NCBI GenBank assembly: GCA_045119215.1
Contig: JBGVDD010000098.1
Location: 33,632-97,631 of the forward strand
Reading direction: 5' to 3'
Source: Lachnospiraceae bacterium
GTDB lineage: Bacteria; Bacillota; Clostridia; Lachnospirales; Lachnospiraceae
DNA length: 64,000 nt
Position numbers and translations under genes: made by a program. Below, one piece after another: positions 1 to 8,091 of this stretch; position 1 is the stretch's first letter, and each line of letters starts with the position of its first letter. The notes beneath the pieces are model-generated. The model ran no database searches and had not been told where the DNA came from. It saw only the letters and a list, made by a program, of their open reading frames with translations.

Positions 1-177
1 AAAAATATCAGAAATGTATCAGTAGATGTGCTGGTAATTTATCTGGCTTTTTTTGCAGAATGTTCGGTGTTGATAAACTATCGCCAGCCATTGTTCTGGA
101 TGCTGTTTGTCGTAGGACATGAGTTGTTGTACAGATGTGAGCTTGACACTTGCTGTCAAGCTGTGCACCAAGAATGA
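1..177 (+). CDS. possible 3' end of a gene starting upstream of the window (hydrophobic C-terminal fragment, product unknown)
   Basis: Frame +1 is open from base 1 to TGA at 175-177 (..VLVIYLAFFAECSVLINYRQPLFWMLFVVGHELLY..). It is absent from the ORF track because it has no start inside the window. No motif recognised. It competes with the unconvincing antisense ORF 8..196. Confidence 0.25.
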   Translation, partial: KNIRNVSVDVLVIYLAFFAECSVLINYRQPLFWMLFVVGHELLYRCELDTCCQAVHQE

Positions 178-187
178 TATTGTGAGA

Positions 188-420
188 AATTTGCATGCGT
201 AAGCATTGTCCGATTTCGTAACAGTTTAGCCTATGGCTGAACTGTTACTATGAAGATGAGCCAGGTTACGATTCATCATTGACATTTTTTACTCAAAAAT
301 GTACAATTCAAGGTAACTATTCAGTATAGGTCTCAGCATTTACTGCTGAGACCGTGGAAAAATGTAAATTTTACAAAAACGGGGCAATTATGCATGCGTA
401 AGTAGTGCCCCATTTACGCT
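188..420 (-). repeat. composite of one truncated and one near-full copy of a multi-hairpin intergenic repeat family (inverted relative to the copy at 63396-63551)
   Basis: 311-420 aligns by eye with the reverse complement of 63441-63551 (ggtaa..ttcagta.aggtctcagcatttactgctgagaccgt..aaaatgta.attttacaaaaa.cgggcaatt.tgcatgcgtaag..gccc.attt). 188-248 repeats the tgcatgcgtaagcattg.ccgattt module followed by a different hairpin (cgtaacagtt/aactgttac). Hairpin arms: 329-338/344-353 and 381-386/406-411. Confidence 0.8.
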
Positions 421-611
421 AGTACAAGGTATTTCTAAAAGAATTGGAAGAGATAAATAAAGTTTAGAATTTAGAAAAAAAGCAATAATAATATTGATGT
501 AATTTAGGGATTTGAGTAAAAGTCAAAAGCATATCATCAAAGTCATAATTATTTTATATATTGCAATATAGAAAATTAAAGCCTTTGGCGGAAAGGCAGA
601 ATAGGAGCAAA

Positions 612-1901
612 ATGCAATTAAAATTGAGCAATGTTGCAAAAATAAAGGACGCAACGATTAATATTGATGGAATAACAGTTATTGCTGGTGAAAATAATAC
701 TGGTAAAAGTACAATTGGAAAGGTGCTTTATTCTATATTTAATTCAATGAACAATATGGAAGAGAAGATAGCAAAAGAAAAACAAGGTCGAGTAGGCCAT
801 ATTATCTGGCTATTAGTACAAAATTGGTCTATGCAGCATGGGGGGGATACTGCCTCGAGTAAGAAAAATTATAGAAGATGGGCTTTGACACTAACAGAGA
901 AGATAAAAGAGGCTCTGACGGTAGAAAATAATGAAAATATAGAAAAGATTATCAAGCAGTTTACAAAAGAATCGGGATTTGGAAATTCTCAAGGAGAGGA
1001 AGAGGAATTTATAGAAGAATGTGTAATGCAGCTGGAAAGTATTTTAAATATTCCGGATGAAAGAGTAATGATGGAAGTTATTACACGATGGTTTAATAGA
1101 GTATTTGAGAAACAAATTTCACCCTTAATGGAAGAGAATTGTATTTCAGAAATTGAATTGATATTAAAGGATAAATTAGTTCAGTTAAGGTTTAAAAATA
1201 ATACTTGTATAGAGTGTAATTCAGAGGTCAACATTTTGCACAATGCATTTTATATTGATAATCCATTTGTTATTGATTATATGGACCACGGATTTTTTAG
1301 ATCAGAGTTAAAGACGACAGATGAGCATTTGCTAAATTATATTTGTGAAGAGGGGGATATATTTGATAATATTTTTGAGGCTGTGTTGGCAAAAGGTAAA
1401 TTAGAGGAAATAAATGAACTATTGGAAAATATTGTAGGGGGAGATTTTATTGAAAATCAAGAGGGAGGATATTGTCTTGCGTCTCGAAAATTTAGTAAAC
1501 CCATTAATATAAAGAATTTATCTACCGGTTTAAAATCGTTTGCGTTAATAAAAAGACTTTTAGAAAATGGAAGTTTAAAAGAGAAGGATATTTTGATTTT
1601 AGATGAGCCGGAAATACATTTGCACCCAGAGTGGCAATTAGCATATGCTCAGATGATTGTGTTGTTGCAGAAAAAATTTGATTTAACTATGATTATTACT
1701 ACACATAGTCCTTATTTTTTGGATGCCATTGATGTTTTTTCTGCTAAGTATGAAATGTCTGATAAAGTTAATTATTATTTGGCGGAAAGCGTAGAAGAGT
1801 TTTCATATTTGCATAATGTAACAAACAAAATTGATGCTATTTATAAGAAACTATCTGACCCATTACAAAAGTTGGAAAGTATGCGTAGCAGGTTGGTATA
1901 G
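612..1901 (+). CDS. ABC/SMC-like ATPase of the AAA_15/AAA_21 type (predicted defence-type ATPase)
   Basis: ORF 561..1901. Preferred ATG at 612 follows AGGAG (603-607). Walker A GENNTGKST (687-713), signature-like LSTGLKS, Walker B ILILDEPE (1590-1613), H-loop-like ITTHSPYF. About 270 aa are inserted between Walker A and the signature motif. Confidence 0.8.
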   Translation: MQLKLSNVAKIKDATINIDGITVIAGENNTGKSTIGKVLYSIFNSMNNMEEKIAKEKQGRVGHIIWLLVQNWSMQHGGDTASSKKNYRRWALTLTEKIKEALTVENNENIEKIIKQFTKESGFGNSQGEEEEFIEECVMQLESILNIPDERVMMEVITRWFNRVFEKQISPLMEENCISEIELILKDKLVQLRFKNNTCIECNSEVNILHNAFYIDNPFVIDYMDHGFFRSELKTTDEHLLNYICEEGDIFDNIFEAVLAKGKLEEINELLENIVGGDFIENQEGGYCLASRKFSKPINIKNLSTGLKSFALIKRLLENGSLKEKDILILDEPEIHLHPEWQLAYAQMIVLLQKKFDLTMIITTHSPYFLDAIDVFSAKYEMSDKVNYYLAESVEEFSYLHNVTNKIDAIYKKLSDPLQKLESMRSRLV

Positions 1902-1918
1902 ATAAGGGGGGAGAGGAT

Positions 1919-2542
1919 TTGCATATAATAGATGAAAAAAGCAGCACTTTAAAAGATACATCATATGATGAAGACAATAAGGTATATATGGTTGACAGTA
2001 GCCTTGAAGTATGTTCATTTGATGATGTAAAAGAGTGGTATGTGAAAAATAAAATACCTTTAGCAAACCCTAATCCTAAATCTAATGATGCATTGCTTTT
2101 TGATAAAGGGGAGAGCTTTTTTATTGAATTTAAGAATGGAAAGATTAATAATGCGGTAAATTTTGAGATCAATAAGAAAATATACGATAGTTTGCTTATG
2201 CTGTTTGATTTAGGATATGTTGATGAAAATGGGCGAGAGGTTGATTCAATATCTTATACAAGGCAAAACATGAATTACATATTGGTCTATAATTATGAAA
2301 AATATTTAGAAGCCGGACCAACGAGACAAACGAAAGAGGGATTTGAGCGGCAAAGAGTTGAAGTATCATCGTCAAAGCATAGAGATTTATTGTTTTCCAC
2401 TATGAGGAAACTGGCAGATGATGAATTAATTAAGTTTGGTTTAGATCAATTTAAAAATTATCTTTTCAAAGATGTTCATACATATACGGTTGAAGAATTT
2501 CAAGAAAAATTCATAAATGAGCAGTATACTATCAGCATTTAA
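1919..2542 (+). CDS. small protein with PD-(D/E)xK nuclease-like motif
   Basis: Starts 17 nt after the ATPase stop. TTG start follows the purine-rich SD TAAGGGGGGAGAGGA. Motif SNDALLFDKGESFFIEFKNGK gives D57 (2087-2089), E70 (2126-2128) and K72 (2132-2134), with the spacing and hydrophobic strand context of restriction-endonuclease-like folds. Confidence 0.6.
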   Translation: MHIIDEKSSTLKDTSYDEDNKVYMVDSSLEVCSFDDVKEWYVKNKIPLANPNPKSNDALLFDKGESFFIEFKNGKINNAVNFEINKKIYDSLLMLFDLGYVDENGREVDSISYTRQNMNYILVYNYEKYLEAGPTRQTKEGFERQRVEVSSSKHRDLLFSTMRKLADDELIKFGLDQFKNYLFKDVHTYTVEEFQEKFINEQYTISI

Positions 2543-2616
2543 TTTTTCATGAATCTATATATATGAAATTCATAGGTATGAGGTAATAATAAAGCATAAC
2601 GCCCCCAACACAGTCA

Positions 2617-2645
2617 TTGACAATCGTATAGGAATACAGTAAAAT
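2617..2645 (+). promoter_or_regulatory. sigma-A-like promoter (TTGACA-17 nt-TAAAAT)
   Basis: TTGACA at 2617-2622, a 17-nt spacer, TAAAAT at 2640-2645. Lies about 120 nt upstream of the 2763 start codon. Confidence 0.5.
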
Positions 2646-2674
2646 TATTGTACAAGAGAACGGACAAAAGAACG

Positions 2675-2700
2675 AGCACCTGGTAAGGTGCTTTTGTTTT
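2675..2700 (+). terminator. short intrinsic-terminator-like hairpin
   Basis: AGCACC (2675-2680), loop TGGTAA, GGTGCT (2687-2692), then TTTGTTTT. It lies downstream of the ATPase/nuclease pair but also downstream of the promoter-like site at 2617-2645. Confidence 0.45.
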
Positions 2701-2762
2701 GAGAAACGAAAGAGAAGTGGCAAAAATTTACAGGAAGTAGAGTGCAGAGGTAGTGAAATAGA

Positions 2763-3635
2763 ATGAGTGAGAATATGAGAGCGAAATTAAAATGGGTCAT
2801 ACATGGTGTGGTTCTGATAATATCCGTTATTTTTCTTGGGATTGTCTGTGAAAAGGCTTCAAATGCCACCGTAATGGAGACGGGCATACCACAGATTGTT
2901 TGTATTGTTATCACAGCGTTCATAGTGAACATTATAAAGGCTGTCAGAATGTATGTTATTATGTTTGGATATGAATTTTCGATTTGTAAATTCATAAGAT
3001 TTTACATTGTCACAGCGTTTGCCAATATTACCATACCCTTTAAATGCGGTGAACTATACAGAGGGTATTATTTGGGGGATTTACTAGGTTCTTTCTCCGA
3101 AGGATATCTTATGGTTATTTTTGACCGTTTTGTGGATACTTTGGCACTAATTAGTATTGTTATCGGTGTAAATATTTTTCTGGGGACAGATATGGGAGTG
3201 GTTTATCTGTTGCTGTCTGGTTTTTTATTTATTGCGTTGACAGCATATTTACTTTTTCCACCTTTATATAAGTATTGGAATCATTATCTGATATTTAACC
3301 GGAGTTCCAAAAATACTTTGAAGGCATTACATTTTCTGGAAGTATGCCATAAAACCTTTGAAAAAATATCTGGTATTGCCAATGGACGTTTTGTCATGTT
3401 ATATATCATTTCTTTGGCTGCATGGATTGTGGAGATATCCAGTATTCTTATAGTAAACAGTGACGCAAAAAAAAATTATGTAAGTGAATATTTGAAAAAA
3501 ATACTCACCGGTGAAACCACACAATACAATTTTTTCTTTATACTTGGCAGTCTGGTTTTGTTTGCGATTTTGGCAGTAGTTTGTTTGTTTCAAAGAAGGG
3601 AGAAGGGTAAAAATGAAACTAGTAGTTGTATATGA
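2763..3635 (+). CDS. polytopic membrane protein, UPF0104/LPG-synthase-TM flippase-like family
   Basis: Multiple hydrophobic helices. The motif ANITIPFKCGELYRGYYL resembles the conserved P-x-(K/R)-x-GE-x-x-R loop of the UPF0104 family. Confidence 0.6.
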   Translation: MSENMRAKLKWVIHGVVLIISVIFLGIVCEKASNATVMETGIPQIVCIVITAFIVNIIKAVRMYVIMFGYEFSICKFIRFYIVTAFANITIPFKCGELYRGYYLGDLLGSFSEGYLMVIFDRFVDTLALISIVIGVNIFLGTDMGVVYLLLSGFLFIALTAYLLFPPLYKYWNHYLIFNRSSKNTLKALHFLEVCHKTFEKISGIANGRFVMLYIISLAAWIVEISSILIVNSDAKKNYVSEYLKKILTGETTQYNFFFILGSLVLFAILAVVCLFQRREKGKNETSSCI

Positions 3636-5076
3636 TAATTTAATCAAACCAAACGAAATCATTCAGGAAGTCATTGGAAATAAAGGATTTGGAGATGTTG
3701 TTGTCAAAAGAAAGCGCCTGGAAGAATTTTATATGGAAAATCTTAAGACGATTTTTCCGGAACTGAAATGGTATGCTTGTAATAACTTATACGATATCAA
3801 GGGTTTAGAAGAGATGATACGCGCTTACCAGGAGAAAGATGGTGTGCGGGTGTTGCATTGTTTTTCAAACCATATTATTTCGGAACTTGAGAAAGCAAGG
3901 CTGACCTTGGAAAAAGTACACTACATCCATGAAACTGTGAAAATCACAGAGCATCATCGGCCTGTGGGGTTGATGTTTGCAGATGGTAAGGAATATGTAG
4001 AGTTTTTAGCTGAGATTTGTAAGAGGGAAAAGGCAGAACAGATTCTGAAGGAATCCCATTATCCTGCTATTGACATAGAGGGAATGAATTATATTGGCAC
4101 TATAAGCAATTTTATTCAGTGTATTACCGGGAATTTTGACGCACGTTATTTTAATTCTCTCCAGGGGAATGAATATTCTATTCGAAAAGAATCTACGAAT
4201 ATTAAAAAGATAAAAAGTGAGTATACCTACTACCACCTTCTTCCGGACAACATGAAGTGCTGGTTTGTTATGCCCTATGATTATAGGGAAGAAAGGGATA
4301 AATCAAGCTACGAAATGGAGCGGCTTCATATGACAGATATTGCCATTAAATGGGTTCATGGCTCTATTGGCATAGAAGAGTTTGAGGAATTAATGGAAAG
4401 ATATTTTTACTTTTTTGGGATAAGGGGGAAAAAGCCTGTTTCCAGGGAGACATACCAAAGTATCAGCGATAGTCTGTATATAGATAAGGTAAGAGAAAGA
4501 ATTGAACAGTTAAAGGAGCTGTCACAGTTTAAAAAAATTGAAAAACTGTTGTCTAACTGCAAGGAACACAATGATATTGACGAAATTTTCCAGTGGTATT
4601 TAGGGATAAAAGAAAAGGTGGAGAAAAGGGTAAGCTTTAAAACAGAAAGTGTGATAGGTCACGGTGATCCATGTTTTGCCAATGCATTGTACAATAGGTC
4701 TACCAAGACTTTGAAATTTATTGACCCGAAAGGGGCTCTTACCAAAGAGGAGCTTTGGACAAATCCATATTATGATATTGCCAAGTTAAGTCATTCTGTT
4801 TGTGGCCGTTATGATTTTTTTAATAATGCTATGTTTGATATTTCTATTAATGAGGAGTTTGAATATGAACTGAATATTCCCTTTGATAATGAAGAATATA
4901 AAGAAATTTTTAGAGAAAAAGTAGAGGCACATGGATATGATTATTGGACCGTTCGACTGTACGAGGCATCGTTGTTCCTGTCTATGTTGCCATTACATAT
5001 TGATTATCCACATAAAGTGTTTGGCTTTTTGCTAAATGCAATAAATATGCTAAAGGAGATAGAAGAAAATGTTTAG
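3613..5076 (+). CDS. two-domain protein with C-terminal APH/choline-kinase-like phosphotransferase fold
   Basis: RBS GGAGAAGGG. Overlaps the previous gene by 23 nt. Brenner-type motif IGHGDPCFANALYN (Asp codon 4666-4668) followed by FIDPKG, as in aminoglycoside/choline kinase-like enzymes. The N-terminal ~170 aa were not recognised. Confidence 0.6.
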   Translation: MKLVVVYDNLIKPNEIIQEVIGNKGFGDVVVKRKRLEEFYMENLKTIFPELKWYACNNLYDIKGLEEMIRAYQEKDGVRVLHCFSNHIISELEKARLTLEKVHYIHETVKITEHHRPVGLMFADGKEYVEFLAEICKREKAEQILKESHYPAIDIEGMNYIGTISNFIQCITGNFDARYFNSLQGNEYSIRKESTNIKKIKSEYTYYHLLPDNMKCWFVMPYDYREERDKSSYEMERLHMTDIAIKWVHGSIGIEEFEELMERYFYFFGIRGKKPVSRETYQSISDSLYIDKVRERIEQLKELSQFKKIEKLLSNCKEHNDIDEIFQWYLGIKEKVEKRVSFKTESVIGHGDPCFANALYNRSTKTLKFIDPKGALTKEELWTNPYYDIAKLSHSVCGRYDFFNNAMFDISINEEFEYELNIPFDNEEYKEIFREKVEAHGYDYWTVRLYEASLFLSMLPLHIDYPHKVFGFLLNAINMLKEIEENV

Positions 5077-5467
5077 TGAATATACCTTTGTATTTGATAT
5101 TGATGGAACTATTTGTCCTATTAAGAAAAAAGAAGAAAAGTATGAGGATTTGGTTCCATATAGTGAAGTTGTGGAAAAATTACAGTATTATCATGAGAAT
5201 GGTGCAAAGATTGTATTGTTTACTTCAAGAAATATGGCTTCCTACAATGGGAATATTGGATTGATCAACAAAAATACGGCGAAAGTATTAAGCCAGTGGC
5301 TGGAAAAGTGGAATATTCCATATGATGAAATCGTATATGGAAAGCCATGGCCAGGACATAAGGGATTTTATGTAGATGACCGTTCCGTCAGACCGGATGA
5401 ATTTTTGATGAATGACGTGGAAGGTTTGAATAGAATTTGTGAAGAAGCAAGGCAACGACTAAAATAA
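5069..5467 (+). CDS. small HAD-superfamily phosphatase (capsule-biosynthesis-phosphatase-like)
   Basis: Overlaps the previous gene by 8 nt. HAD motif I FVFDIDGT (Asp codons 5096-5098 and 5102-5104), TSR motif II, YGKPW..YVDDR near the C-terminus. At 132 aa it is typical of cap-less mini-HADs. Confidence 0.65.
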   Translation: MFSEYTFVFDIDGTICPIKKKEEKYEDLVPYSEVVEKLQYYHENGAKIVLFTSRNMASYNGNIGLINKNTAKVLSQWLEKWNIPYDEIVYGKPWPGHKGFYVDDRSVRPDEFLMNDVEGLNRICEEARQRLK

Positions 5468-5536
5468 AGCTCACATGCAATGGGGTAAAATATCTAAAAA
5501 GAAGAATACCAGTAACAGTTAGGGAAGGATACAAGG

Positions 5537-6112
5537 ATGAAAGATACACTAAGAAAAATAGGGAAAATAATAGGAGTTTACGCTGGAATATATGTACTTT
5601 GTTCTGTAATATTTGTAGCTTTATTTCATACCTCATTGCTTTCAAAACTACACGTGTTGATGTATCGGGGAATTGTATATTTAGTGTTGGCTGGGATTGT
5701 AGCAGCAGTATGTATGGGGATATGCAGGATGCGATGGAAATCTCTTTTTGATGTGAAAGATATTGTTTTGATGTTTCTGGGATTTTGCTGTGTAAATATG
5801 GTTTTGTTTACTCTTATTCCTGTTACGGTAGAACGTTCTGTATCAGTGTTTACTTTAAGCTATATGATGGAAAATCCGGGAGTGTATACCGTTAGTGATA
5901 TGGAAGATATTTTCCATAAAACTTATGTGTGTGAATTTCAGGCTTTTGATAAAAGGTTTGAAGAACAGATTATTTCAGGAAATGTGGAAGAAAAAGATGG
6001 GGGATATGTATTGACAAAGCGGGGAGAGTTTACAGTAAACTTTTTTCGAACGATATCTTCTTTATTTAACACAGATGAACGACTAATTTATCCAAATGAA
6101 AATACAGAGTAG
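5537..6112 (+). CDS. membrane protein (3-4 TM) with ~80-aa soluble C-terminal domain, function unknown
   Basis: RBS AGGGAAGGA. The N-terminal half is hydrophobic and the C-terminal half is hydrophilic. No motif recognised. Confidence 0.55.
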   Translation: MKDTLRKIGKIIGVYAGIYVLCSVIFVALFHTSLLSKLHVLMYRGIVYLVLAGIVAAVCMGICRMRWKSLFDVKDIVLMFLGFCCVNMVLFTLIPVTVERSVSVFTLSYMMENPGVYTVSDMEDIFHKTYVCEFQAFDKRFEEQIISGNVEEKDGGYVLTKRGEFTVNFFRTISSLFNTDERLIYPNENTE

Positions 6113-6128
6113 GGCGGGGATGGGACAG

Positions 6129-6168
6129 CCTGGGTTATGCAAGGTCATAATCCAGGTTGTTTTTTATT
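6129..6168 (+). terminator. intrinsic terminator of the 2763-6112 operon
   Basis: 11-bp stem cctgggttatg/cataatccagg (one G-U pair), loop caaggt, then TTGTTTTTTATT. It overlaps the last codons of the convergent gene 6135-6635. Confidence 0.65.
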
Positions 6169-6635
6169 AGAAATTTCTTTACCATTTCATCCCAGGCATG
6201 GTCCAAAGATTTATCCATGGTGAAGGTATTTAAAGAAGTACCGGTGATTACTGTGACAGAGCCATTTTCAAATGAAATATTCAGGTAAAGACCAGACACA
6301 TCTAGTAGGGTTAAAGTAGTATCAGCGGCACAAATGGTCTTTTCTGTGTTTTTTTTTGATAATTTCAGTACAAAATGAAAGGAAAGTGGAGTTTTTTTGC
6401 CTTTCATCATGTCCAGACAGATATTTTTACATTCAGACCAGGCAATCAGTTCTGTTTGGAAACTCTCATCCTCTAATTCCTCCGGGGTATAAAAGTCTTT
6501 TCTTCTGTTTCCGTTGATTGCCATGGTATAGAAGGTTTCAATGGAAGCCTCCTTCACCCAGAACTGATCAAAGGTGTTTTGTAAAAGCATATGGTTCATA
6601 AATGCTTTGGTATTTTTTATTTTCAACGAAATCAT
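6135..6635 (-). CDS. conserved hypothetical cytoplasmic protein
   Basis: ORF 6135..6650. The ATG at 6635 follows AGGAGG with a 5-nt spacer. No motif recognised. Confidence 0.6.
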   Translation of the reverse strand: MISLKIKNTKAFMNHMLLQNTFDQFWVKEASIETFYTMAINGNRRKDFYTPEELEDESFQTELIAWSECKNICLDMMKGKKTPLSFHFVLKLSKKNTEKTICAADTTLTLLDVSGLYLNISFENGSVTVITGTSLNTFTMDKSLDHAWDEMVKKFLIKNNLDYDLA

Positions 6636-6828
6636 AAATTCCTCCTGCAAATAAATACAATTATAAAATCAGTATAGCATAATCATACCATAAAAACAAA
6701 CAAATCTCAGATAACCCTTTTCAAATTCTTCTCTATATGTTATAGTAAGTAGTAATGAAAACTACATGTAATTGTGGGGAATAAATGGATTCAAATATAT
6801 ATTTAAGGAATCATACTAGGAGGAAATT

Positions 6829-7668
6829 ATGAGTTATAAAATCGTTGTGGACAGCTGCGGAGAGCTGACGCCTCAGATGAAAGCCAGTCAGAAAATAATC
6901 AACATACCATTGACCTTACAGGTGGACAATAGGGAAATTGTAGATGATGAAAGTTTTAATCAGGCAGAATTTCTAGCACTGGTGGCGGCCAGTGAAAATT
7001 GTCCAAAGTCTGCATGTCCGTCTCCGGAGAAATATCAGATGAGTTGTGAGGGGGAGGAAGAACGAATCTATATCGTTACATTGTCCTCCAATTTAAGCGG
7101 TTCATATAATAGCGCAGTCTTAGGCAGACAATTATACTTAGAGGAGAAGGGGAAAAAGCAGATTCATGTATTTAATTCACGTTCTGCATCTGTGGGAGAA
7201 ACCTTGATTGCATTAAAGATTCAGGAATGCGAAGAAAAGGGAATGAGTTTTGAGCAGGTGGTAGATACCACAGAAAAATATATTCGTGGAATGAGAACCT
7301 ACTTTGTATTGGAAAATCTTGATACCTTGCGCAAAAATGGAAGGCTTAGCAAAGCAAAAGCCCTGGTGGCTACAGCATTAAAAATCAAACCTGTTATGGG
7401 AGAAGACGGTGAAGGGAATATTATTCAGCTAGACCAGACCCGGGGAATGAATAAAGCTATGATGAAAATGTTAGAATATGTAGAGAAGAATATGGAAAAT
7501 CCGGAAGAAAAGGTGGTTGCTATATCACAGTGTAACTGTCCGGAAAGAGCCGAAATCTTAAAAGATGAAGTAAAGAAGCGTTTTCCTGTGAAAGATGTGA
7601 TTGTGGTTGATACAGCGGGAGTCTCAACTATGTATGCTAACGATGGAGGAATCATTATTGCAGTATAA
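6829..7668 (+). CDS. DegV family fatty-acid-binding protein
   Basis: RBS AGGAGG. N-terminus MSYKIVVDSCGEL and overall length and pattern are typical of DegV. Confidence 0.85.
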   Translation: MSYKIVVDSCGELTPQMKASQKIINIPLTLQVDNREIVDDESFNQAEFLALVAASENCPKSACPSPEKYQMSCEGEEERIYIVTLSSNLSGSYNSAVLGRQLYLEEKGKKQIHVFNSRSASVGETLIALKIQECEEKGMSFEQVVDTTEKYIRGMRTYFVLENLDTLRKNGRLSKAKALVATALKIKPVMGEDGEGNIIQLDQTRGMNKAMMKMLEYVEKNMENPEEKVVAISQCNCPERAEILKDEVKKRFPVKDVIVVDTAGVSTMYANDGGIIIAV

Positions 7669-7766
7669 AAAACTGTGGCAAAAATCTTGCATAATTTTAC
7701 AAATGCTGTTACCATAGGTAGTGGTGTGATATATTTTTAAATTAAGAAAAAAGCGAGGGAAATAAA

Positions 7767-8009
7767 TTGAGTCAGGAAAAAGTAGAACGTTATAAAAAAG
7801 AAAAAGCCAACCGTAAAAAAACTATGAAAAAAGCAAAGGTGAGAAAAGCCATGCTTCAGGTAGTGGCGGCAGCAGTAATGGTGGCAGCCATTGGAGGAAT
7901 TGGATATTTTTCCTATAAATCTTATGAGAGTAAGCCAGTGGAAACAGAAGCTGATATGAGAGCTTTTGATGACTATGTAACAAATATTGATGTAGATACG
8001 GCGGAATAA
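7767..8009 (+). CDS. small single-pass membrane protein with Lys-rich N-terminus
   Basis: TTG start 6 nt after GAGGGA. KKEKANRKKTMKKAKVRK is followed by one TM helix (LQVVAAAVMVAAIGGIGYF). Confidence 0.45.
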   Translation: MSQEKVERYKKEKANRKKTMKKAKVRKAMLQVVAAAVMVAAIGGIGYFSYKSYESKPVETEADMRAFDDYVTNIDVDTAE

Positions 8010-8033
8010 AGATAATTTATGAAACAAAGAAAC

Positions 8034-8071
8034 AAAAAACTTGTAGTTGAAGAAAACTACAAGTTTTTTGT
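8034..8071. terminator. bidirectional intrinsic terminator
   Basis: Stem aacttgtagtt (8038-8048) / aactacaagtt (8055-8065), flanked by an A-run and a T-run. Lies between convergent genes. Confidence 0.8.
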
Positions 8072-8091
8072 TTACATTACGTTTACGGCAT

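Noticed and set aside
8-196. 62-aa ORF on the minus strand at the left edge
   Set aside because: The composition is not protein-like and I saw no RBS. It overlaps a + frame that is open from the window edge, and it runs into the repeat module at 188.
1837-2172. Antisense ORFs (111 aa and 67 aa) across the ATPase/nuclease junction
   Set aside because: They overlap two sense genes that have RBSs and motifs. The sequences are Ser/Leu/Phe-rich nonsense.
2645-2995. 116-aa minus-strand ORF overlapping the start of the 2763 gene
   Set aside because: It conflicts with a coherent + strand operon, and its hydrophobicity is a mirror artefact of the membrane-protein gene.
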